Part shown: positions 57,185 to 64,000 of the stretch, piece by piece
Position numbering within the stretch: the stretch's first letter is position 1
Layout of the letters: every line of letters begins with the position of its first letter
Source: Nanobdellota archaeon
Lineage (GTDB): Archaea > Nanobdellota > Nanobdellia > Woesearchaeales > UBA583
NCBI GenBank assembly: GCA_022565615.1
Contig: JAIUMM010000004.1
Span: 622-64,621, forward strand
Direction of reading: 5' to 3'
DNA length: 64,000 nt
Notes under the pieces: generated by a model
Told to the model about the DNA's origin: nothing
The model's database searches: none
What the model saw: the letters and a program-made list of their open reading frames with translations, nothing else
Program-made: the position numbers and the translations under genes

Positions 57185-57529
57185 CTATAATTCAAAATCA
57201 CACTCAATATTTACTTTAAATCTAACTAAATGCCCATCCAATTCAATTTCATCAATTTCAATTTCTCTTAAAGAATATCCTTTATTTAATTCTAGTTTGC
57301 TTCCAACAATTTCAGGCAATTTTTCAAATAAAATATCCTCCGTGTAATAAATATTATTATACGCAATTTTTTTAGTTACATTACAAAAATGTAACACAAG
57401 TGGTTTAAATTCTTTAATTGGAGGAAATTCAGCTCTATGACAAACTTCACATTTACCATCTATTAAAGAAGAACTTAACGCTCCACATTCACAACATTTT
57501 CTTTTAAATTTCATTTTTAAATTATTCAA
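57185..57529 (-). CDS. Small zinc-ribbon protein, NMD3-N-terminal-like
   Basis: CCECG...x11...CEVCH, then FCNVTKK, resembles the start of NMD3-family proteins. At 114 aa it is much shorter than they are. Confidence 0.35.
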   Translation of the reverse strand: MNNLKMKFKRKCCECGALSSSLIDGKCEVCHRAEFPPIKEFKPLVLHFCNVTKKIAYNNIYYTEDILFEKLPEIVGSKLELNKGYSLREIEIDEIELDGHLVRFKVNIECDFEL

Positions 57530-57669
57530 ATTTAATCTAATATAGTCTTACTAGAATCAATCTATTAATATATATATAAGTACTAATTAATAAATTTACC
57601 TAATTTAAATTAAACTAAATGGAATATTAAATTTAAGTAGGTTTTAATTCAAAATACTTAAAAATACTA

Positions 57670-58143
57670 TTATAACATAATATTATAAAAATCATCTTTA
57701 AAATAATGAAGTGTTTTAATGATTTTTCCACTCTTCATCTCCTTGATTTGAACTGAGTCATACAAACTCTGTCCAATTCCAATTCTTAATCCTTTAACCT
57801 CATCAACTATTATAATTATATCATCTTTTTTAATTAAATTATCTATATTAGTAATTCCAGGTCTCATCATATCAGCTCCTTTTAATAAAAAAGGAACTGC
57901 ACCTACATCAATTGTAATTGTTTTGTACTCTTTAATTTGAGATGATTTTAAGTGAGGTATAAAATGATATTGTGATTGATTATCTTGCAAGTTTTTAATT
58001 GCTTGAGATTTAATCAAAATAGGATTCTTATTTTTAAATAATACATCTTTAAATTCAATTATTTCATCTTTTTTATCAATATTAAAAAGAGGAGGCAATT
58101 GCTCTTGAAGAGATTTTTTATCTTTTCCCGATAAATATTTCAT
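57670..58143 (-). CDS. PUA-domain RNA-binding protein (MCT-1/Tma20-like)
   Basis: IDVGAVPFLLKGADMMRPGITNID...IIIIVDEVKGLRIGIGQSLY is the PUA-domain core. The 157-aa size is typical of the archaeal family. Confidence 0.7.
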   Translation of the reverse strand: MKYLSGKDKKSLQEQLPPLFNIDKKDEIIEFKDVLFKNKNPILIKSQAIKNLQDNQSQYHFIPHLKSSQIKEYKTITIDVGAVPFLLKGADMMRPGITNIDNLIKKDDIIIIVDEVKGLRIGIGQSLYDSVQIKEMKSGKIIKTLHYFKDDFYNIML

Positions 58144-58232
58144 ATAGATATACTAATTTATAGGATTTTTTAAAAGTTAGTATAAAAAGACAATTAATCA
58201 ATTTAAGAAAAGAAGATAATTAATTATTAATT

Positions 58233-60383
58233 TTAATTAATTTGAATATGTTTAATTTCAGCTCTTGGCATTTCTTGATCAAAATCATCATAGGATTGAG
58301 GATATGTAACACCTGGCAATTGAGCAATAACTCTTCTTGCAAATTGTAAATCATTAAATGTTACTACATAATTTTCTAACTCAAAACTTGAAATAACCCA
58401 ACCATCTAAGTCAAATTCAGGTAAATCTGGTGCATCTTTACATCCAATTTCATACCATTTACATTTTCTACCTTCTTTTTTTGGAATAGTTACTCTACTT
58501 CTATCAAGTACAAATGATGTTATTTTATAGGTGTCAGGAACTAAAGTAATATTCAAAGAACTCATATCAGTTGTTGAGTTAATGCTAATTACTTGAATAA
58601 ACTCAGGATTATTTATAGGTTCAAATAATATAAACGCTTCTTGATTTGGCTGAACTGATCTTCCCATCACTGAGAAAAATAAATCTAAAGTTTTTGGAGT
58701 AATCATTGTTACTTGCTCTCTAGTAGGTTCTTCAAGAGTTGGAGTTATTTCAACTTTTTGATTTAAATAACCTTCTCTAATAATTTCAAGTTGAGAATTT
58801 GGACAATTAATTGGTAACTTTAAGACATATTCATTTGAACTAAATCTCTCTATAGTTTCTTGAACTGGGATTTGACATGCAGTTTGTGGTTGAGTTGAAC
58901 AGTAAAATAAAAATAAAACATCCTCAAGAGGTTCTCTCTCATCAAATCTATTTAATGAACTCACTTCTACTGAAACATCTTGAGAAATGAAATGATTTGG
59001 GTTACAATATGTTGCTGTAAAGGACTCTTGTGTTTGTAGAGAATTTAATCTATAATCTCCTTCAATTAATGCTCTTAGAGGATTATTATTTCTAATATTT
59101 ACTTCTAAAGGTAAATTGAACACAAATCCATCATCTCTTTGATTTAAACCATCTCTAATCTCATATAATACTGGAACTGTTACATCATACCCTGCTTGAT
59201 ATGTAGTATACTGAATTGGAACAATTAATAATACTTCATTAAATACACTATGTGTTAATACTTGTCCACTTCCTTTTCCATTTGAAAAAGAAAATGAAAT
59301 TGGGAAAAATGGCTCATAATGTAAATTTGCAACAAATCTGGAATATTCTCTATTTAAACGCTGAGTTCTTAACATAGAACCATCAAGTCTTGAAAATAAT
59401 GGACCATGATGAATTTCAACAGGTTTAAATATTGAACTTTGAGTTTGAACAATAGTGTTTTCTTGATTAGGTGTTAGAGCCAAATCTGTTACAATTAATT
59501 CTCGTGAATGTGAATTAAATATTCTTTGAAGAAGAGGCTTTTTATCCTCTGCATAAATTACTGAATAATCAGTAACTCCATATTTGAAATCATAAAATGG
59601 TGGCAAGAAATTATCATCTCCAGTTTTTTGATAATTATATATAAAATCTAAATATGCATTTTCTATAAAACTTAGTTCTTGTTGTGCTAAAATAATATCA
59701 TTTGCAATTAAATATGGAACTCTTATTTTATTTTCAATATCAATTCTAAATCTCTCTAAACTCTCAAGTGTACTCCCATCTAAACTTTCAACTTGAACTG
59801 GTAAGTATAACTCAAATACTATTCTATTTTGCTCAAATGAAGAGGAGGATACTTGAAGTTTCATTAAATCTCTATCTACATTATACACTTCTGAAAATGA
59901 AGCAAAATCTTGAAGACAATGTTCATTTACTGTCTCTTCAATGAGCCTAATTACCTGATTTCTTATTGAAAACTCATCATTTTCATTATCAAGAGTTGGT
60001 ATTTGATTTCTATATTGATTAGAAGTTTCGTCAAAATAATCCCAATATTTTAAATTTCCATAAAAAATATGTTCAAAACCTTGGGCTCTATTAATTAAAG
60101 GATTAAAGTCATTAGGTCTTGCATATGTTTCAATACCTCTTGTGTAATACCATCCTCCTTTTTTAGCAACTTCATTAAGAGCAAAATCTGCTTGCTGAAG
60201 TAAACATTGTTGAGTAAATTCTTGAACTCTAACTCCTGGAGTTTCTGCTTGAAATATAGAAGAAGAAGAGAATAACGTTAAGGCTAAAATTCCAATTATA
60301 AGAATAATTACTCCAATTATTACAAAAATTGAAATTTGAGCTTTGTTTAAAACTTTAAACAAAAATTTACTTAAAAAATTCAT
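58233..60383 (-). CDS. Large class III signal-peptide surface protein (716 aa), paralogue of 40502-42871
   Basis: MNFLSKFLFKVLNKAQISIFVIIGVIILIIGILALTLF (K-A/Q junction plus hydrophobic helix). Shares with the 789-aa protein the pattern Q-EF-x-x-C-L-L...A-x-x-GG in the first roughly 100 aa. Confidence 0.65.
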   Translation of the reverse strand: MNFLSKFLFKVLNKAQISIFVIIGVIILIIGILALTLFSSSSIFQAETPGVRVQEFTQQCLLQQADFALNEVAKKGGWYYTRGIETYARPNDFNPLINRAQGFEHIFYGNLKYWDYFDETSNQYRNQIPTLDNENDEFSIRNQVIRLIEETVNEHCLQDFASFSEVYNVDRDLMKLQVSSSSFEQNRIVFELYLPVQVESLDGSTLESLERFRIDIENKIRVPYLIANDIILAQQELSFIENAYLDFIYNYQKTGDDNFLPPFYDFKYGVTDYSVIYAEDKKPLLQRIFNSHSRELIVTDLALTPNQENTIVQTQSSIFKPVEIHHGPLFSRLDGSMLRTQRLNREYSRFVANLHYEPFFPISFSFSNGKGSGQVLTHSVFNEVLLIVPIQYTTYQAGYDVTVPVLYEIRDGLNQRDDGFVFNLPLEVNIRNNNPLRALIEGDYRLNSLQTQESFTATYCNPNHFISQDVSVEVSSLNRFDEREPLEDVLFLFYCSTQPQTACQIPVQETIERFSSNEYVLKLPINCPNSQLEIIREGYLNQKVEITPTLEEPTREQVTMITPKTLDLFFSVMGRSVQPNQEAFILFEPINNPEFIQVISINSTTDMSSLNITLVPDTYKITSFVLDRSRVTIPKKEGRKCKWYEIGCKDAPDLPEFDLDGWVISSFELENYVVTFNDLQFARRVIAQLPGVTYPQSYDDFDQEMPRAEIKHIQIN

Positions 60384-60441
60384 AATTAATTGTAATAAAC
60401 TTAATTTATAAATTTTTAGTAAAACTTAAGAGATGAAAAAA

Positions 60442-60969
60442 TTAATTACCCCAAGAACATCTTCTTTTTTGAGGAGGTTTTCTAAACTCTAAAATATCAT
60501 CAAGACTTAATAAGCCTTTCTTTCCCAAAGCATCATTAATAATTTCTTTTTTCTCATCTCTAAGATGAGGTTTTATTAAAAATTGTCTAAGATTTTTATC
60601 CCATTTTTGATTTCTAATTAATAATATGGTCTTGCTTGAACTTCTAAAGCTAGGTAATGAAAAAATCGATTTTCTCACTTCCATTGAGTCTTTCTCAGAC
60701 ATCAATCTATTTAAACTCTGCTGAGATAGAAAAGAGTCTTTATTTTCTAAAAAATAATTCAATCCTATAAATTCTATTGATTTTGTACCTCTTCTATGTG
60801 GTATTAATTGTATTTCAATTCCTTGACAACTTACAGCATTATTACAATATCTATGCAAAAAATTCGAACTATAAACAATTTTCAAAAAATTAGCATATTC
60901 TTGCTTAAATTTAAAAAAACCAAAATTGTCTTGCTCTGCAGAGAATAAATCTAATTTTACATAATACAT
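60442..60969 (-). CDS. Hypothetical protein (175 aa)
   Basis: ORF track. Basic C-terminus. No nuclease, ligase or Brix motif that I can support. Confidence 0.45.
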   Translation of the reverse strand: MYYVKLDLFSAEQDNFGFFKFKQEYANFLKIVYSSNFLHRYCNNAVSCQGIEIQLIPHRRGTKSIEFIGLNYFLENKDSFLSQQSLNRLMSEKDSMEVRKSIFSLPSFRSSSKTILLIRNQKWDKNLRQFLIKPHLRDEKKEIINDALGKKGLLSLDDILEFRKPPQKRRCSWGN

Positions 60970-61045
60970 TATAATATGAACTAGTGACTAATAATTTAAA
61001 TACTTTAAGAAAATAGCCAAACAATGAATTCGTGAAATTATAAAA

Positions 61046-63187
61046 TTATTTTTGAACATAGTATGCAATTTTTATTTCTTTCATACTTTTAATTGTTCCA
61101 AATAATTCTAAGACTTTTCTTATTTCTTCTACTTGAAGTTTTGCTGTATGAACTGTTGTATAATCAATTTCTTCAAATTGCTGTTGTGCTAAAAACTGGA
61201 TATTTTTAATATTTGAAAAATGTACTAAATTTGTTTTAGAAAAACCTGAATTTGTTTTTTCAATAATTTTTTTTTGAGCTAAACTCTCACAAGTTCTTGT
61301 AATTTCAGTATACATCATTTTAGAATTTAAAAGTAATTCTGCTGATGTGAATTGTTCTTTTACACTCATAATTTGACTAAGTAATTCTTTTTCTGAATGA
61401 GTTAATGTTGCTAAATTTAAAGGAAGAGGAATTCCTTGAAAAGGAACTATTGATTGAATAGTATTTCCTTCTAATAATTCAACAAGTACTTGAAATTCTT
61501 CTCCTTTACTATTTTGAATTTTCACTAAAATCCCTGGAATTAAATCTGTTTGAATCTCTTTACCATTATGAAGAGCTTTTGCATCATCAAATGATATCTC
61601 AGCTCTTACATGTTCAATAAAGTCTCTATGAGTTTGAGTTTTTTTTGAAGAAGAATTACTAGAATTTGAAGAGTTAGTTTTTGAAGTAGTCCCTTTCTCT
61701 TCTTCTTGATTATTGTTTGAATTTCCATTATTATTTGAAAATGTTGAATTATTTGGTGTAGGACTCATTGTTTGAATTTCTGGAGAATCATATGGAAGAG
61801 TAATATCAACAGTTTCTCCTCCATGTTTTGACATCCTAGGCCTCACATTTACTTTAAGAGGAATGTCTAGAACTCCTGTAAGTAAACAAGTTCCAATATT
61901 TAATCTTTGAATTTCTTGTTCTGATGCTGAATCTACTCCTTCACTACTTGCAATTACAGATTTTAAATCATTTGGATTTGTAATTTTGAGTAGAATTTGT
62001 GTTGAACATTGTGAAATTACATTTTTATCAATTTTAGCAGGTCTTTGTGAAATTACACACAATCCTATTCCAAATTTACGACCCTCTCCTGCTAGTGTTC
62101 TAATAATTGAAGAAGATTTTAATTTTCCAAGACTAGCTTCTGGACAAAAATTGTGTGCTTCTTCAAGTACTAAAAAAAAAGGAGGAATTTCTTCTCTTTT
62201 TCTTGCTTCAAATAAATCTCTAAGTAATCCTGCAACAAATGTTTCTTGAACATACGGTTCAACTCCTTTGAGTGAAATTATACTTGCTTGTGCTTGTTTA
62301 ATTACTGAATTTAAAGGAGTTGGATTTGTTGAATATAATTTTAATTGTTTTAATTGTTCAATTAATGATATTAAAGACCATTTTGAATTACTCTCTTCAT
62401 TTGATAAATTAAAAATTAGTTCATCAAAATCTACTCTATTATTTGCACTTTGAAGCATATTATACACTAACGATTGTTGAGCAGGAGTTATTTTTTGAGG
62501 TAATGATTCAACTAAATCTTGAGGTTTCATCTTATTTAAATCAAGAGTTATTGGATGACATTGAGAATTAATTTTAGTATCAGGAGAATATTGTACTATT
62601 TGATTCATAAATCCTTTAGGTTGTAAATTAAATGCTTCTAAACGTTTCATATCTTTTTTATCAGTATTTGGAAATTTAAGAGTTGAATACTCATTGTGTG
62701 GATCCAATATTAAAATTGGTATTTTTTTTCTAATAATTTCTTCTAAAATTACTCCAACTGTATATGACTTTCCAGCTCCTGATTTTGCAAGTACTGCAAT
62801 ATGTTTTGTTATTACTTTTTTCAAATCAAGTGAGATATTTAAGTTTGGATGATGTTCTAGTTTTCCAAGACATGAACTCTCATCTTTAAATAAACCAATA
62901 ATTTCTTCAATTTCTTTATCACTTGCAACTTCAATTAAAGCCTCATTAGAAAATGGAGTTCTAATATTTTTTAAGACTCCATTCTCTTTAAATCCTACAA
63001 TTTTAACATCTCCAATTAATTTATCATCATCACGAATAATATTTTTAACTTGTGCTAAAATACTTCCATGCTCATCATGTTTAATTGTTAAAAAATCAAA
63101 TGTTTTTATATCTCCAAAAATTAAAATTTTACATTCATACACATCTGACTTACCATACATTTGTGCAATTTTTTCAACTTCACTCAT
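61046..63187 (-). CDS. herA: HerA-family hexameric ATPase/helicase with about 250-aa C-terminal extension
   Basis: N-terminal barrel-like domain. Walker A AVLAKSGAGKSYTVG, Walker B FFLVLEEAHNF, GRKFGIGLCVISQRP, RPRMSKHGG. Then an N/S-rich linker and an extra roughly 190-aa domain. Confidence 0.8.
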   Translation of the reverse strand: MSEVEKIAQMYGKSDVYECKILIFGDIKTFDFLTIKHDEHGSILAQVKNIIRDDDKLIGDVKIVGFKENGVLKNIRTPFSNEALIEVASDKEIEEIIGLFKDESSCLGKLEHHPNLNISLDLKKVITKHIAVLAKSGAGKSYTVGVILEEIIRKKIPILILDPHNEYSTLKFPNTDKKDMKRLEAFNLQPKGFMNQIVQYSPDTKINSQCHPITLDLNKMKPQDLVESLPQKITPAQQSLVYNMLQSANNRVDFDELIFNLSNEESNSKWSLISLIEQLKQLKLYSTNPTPLNSVIKQAQASIISLKGVEPYVQETFVAGLLRDLFEARKREEIPPFFLVLEEAHNFCPEASLGKLKSSSIIRTLAGEGRKFGIGLCVISQRPAKIDKNVISQCSTQILLKITNPNDLKSVIASSEGVDSASEQEIQRLNIGTCLLTGVLDIPLKVNVRPRMSKHGGETVDITLPYDSPEIQTMSPTPNNSTFSNNNGNSNNNQEEEKGTTSKTNSSNSSNSSSKKTQTHRDFIEHVRAEISFDDAKALHNGKEIQTDLIPGILVKIQNSKGEEFQVLVELLEGNTIQSIVPFQGIPLPLNLATLTHSEKELLSQIMSVKEQFTSAELLLNSKMMYTEITRTCESLAQKKIIEKTNSGFSKTNLVHFSNIKNIQFLAQQQFEEIDYTTVHTAKLQVEEIRKVLELFGTIKSMKEIKIAYYVQK

Positions 63188-63319
63188 CTAAATATTAAAA
63201 AGCAAAGTTTACCTTTAAAGTTTTTGTTCAAACAGAAGATGACAAGAAGAAAGAAATTAAAAATTTCAAATATCAATAAAGAAAGTTTATTCTTTAAAAA
63301 TTATAAATCTAAAGATAAA

Positions 63320-64000
63320 TTAATAACAACCAATTTGAGAACGGGAATTTGCAGTACAAGTATAAGTTCTCTGGCAATTACCATCTCCTGATTCAGATCT
63401 ATAAGTACAAGTTGGAGCCGGCGCATTTCTCCATACATTTCCTGATGTACTACAAGGAAGACAACCATTACAATTTCTGGGGAGATATGTTCCCCAATTA
63501 TTAAACCTCGTCCACTCAGAAGGACAATTATGTAAGTCAAATCTACAAAATAAATCTCCATCATCCACATTAATTTGCCCATTTAGATCCAAACATTCTC
63601 CAACTGTGTGAACTTCATTTACCAATAATTCGTCTCTTGAATAAACCCCGTCTCCTCCTCCACTACTCTCTATTGTGTTACAAACCCAATTACTCCCATC
63701 CCATCCTAAAGCTTGATTATCTTCATTACATAAAGGAGGTATTTGTGAATATCTTGAATCTGCGTAGGAAAGTGATAGAGCATCTCCTGCTTCTACTGGA
63801 TTTGGAACATTTGTAATTCTATTATTATTCATATTCAATATTCCAGTCATGCTATCTCCTTCTCGATTAACATACCTTCCATCTACACTGCCAGTATTTA
63901 ATTCATTTAAACGTACACTATTTGACGCTATCTTTGCACTTGTAATTGCATCATTTTGAATCATTGTAGTAAATATGGAATTAGTTTGTCCCTCATTTAC
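63320..64000 (-). CDS. Phage-tail-fibre-like / adhesin-like protein, C-terminal part; ORF open to window end
   Basis: AITSAKIASNSVRLNELNTGSVDGRYVNREGDSMTGILNMNNNRITNVPNPVEAGDALSLSYAD follows the tail-fibre pattern (A.T.aKia.gaV....L....D.rYv...GdtMTG.L.m..N.I.Nl..P....DA....Y.D). Cys-rich C-terminal roughly 110 aa. My translation of 63965-64000 (VNEGQTNSIFTT) has no stop, so the true start is outside the window. Confidence 0.6.
   Translation of the reverse strand, partial: VNEGQTNSIFTTMIQNDAITSAKIASNSVRLNELNTGSVDGRYVNREGDSMTGILNMNNNRITNVPNPVEAGDALSLSYADSRYSQIPPLCNEDNQALGWDGSNWVCNTIESSGGGDGVYSRDELLVNEVHTVGECLDLNGQINVDDGDLFCRFDLHNCPSEWTRFNNWGTYLPRNCNGCLPCSTSGNVWRNAPAPTCTYRSESGDGNCQRTYTCTANSRSQIGCY

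Noticed and set aside
60442-60969. 175-aa ORF downstream of herA as the NurA nuclease partner.
   Set aside because: It is far shorter than NurA (typically more than 300 aa), and I could not find the NurA acidic catalytic motifs.
63320-63480. C-terminal Cys-rich end of the tail-fibre-like protein as a diversity-generating retroelement variable region.
   Set aside because: No reverse transcriptase ORF and no second near-identical template copy of this segment is visible in the window. The gene downstream is herA. This cannot be excluded for sequence beyond nt 64000.
1-64000. CRISPR arrays, transposases/integrases, rRNA genes, further tRNAs.
   Set aside because: I saw no regularly spaced direct repeats, no recombinase-like ORFs and no rRNA-like conserved blocks. 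The other intergenic spacers are short and uniformly AT-rich, without tRNA-like GC islands. This was a by-eye scan, not exhaustive inside coding regions.

Overview
Strongly AT-rich, very compact archaeal chromosome segment. Genes often abut or lie 2-10 nt apart, and convergent stop codons can be 2 nt apart. Archaeal core genes present: aRF1, Pelota, the N-terminal part of the PolD large subunit (DP2), Hjc resolvase, eS17, RNase P protein Pop5, A-type ATPase subunit B, RecJ/GAN-like DHH nuclease and HerA. I also found a tRNA-Glu(CUC) and an RNase P RNA by reading the ORF-free gaps. Bacterial-type or stress genes are scattered singly: GrpE, GatB, Dps, Fe/Mn-SOD, SufE-like, SufD-like, MscS, rhomboid and family-4-like UDG. 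The low GC, dissolved operons, an apparently split or truncated DP2 and several disrupted genes suggest a reduced, DPANN-like archaeon (inference only). The accessory content is dominated by cell-surface proteins. There are three giant or large envelope proteins: 2145 aa with about 12 Cys-pair Ig-like repeats, 1993 aa with a dense N-glycosylation sequon region, and 934 aa. There are at least four proteins with archaeal class III (prepilin-type) signal peptides, two of them large paralogues, and a phage-tail-fibre-like Cys-rich protein running off the window end. No pilus assembly ATPase, platform protein or prepilin peptidase lies in the window. A bacterial-style trifunctional Pnkp-like RNA repair enzyme (kinase-phosphatase-ligase) sits next to the RNase P RNA gene. 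I saw no CRISPR array, transposase, integrase or reverse transcriptase. The best candidate for a poorly described system is this dispersed pilin-signal and giant-adhesin surface repertoire, possibly used for host or partner attachment. That is an inference from architecture, not a demonstrated function.
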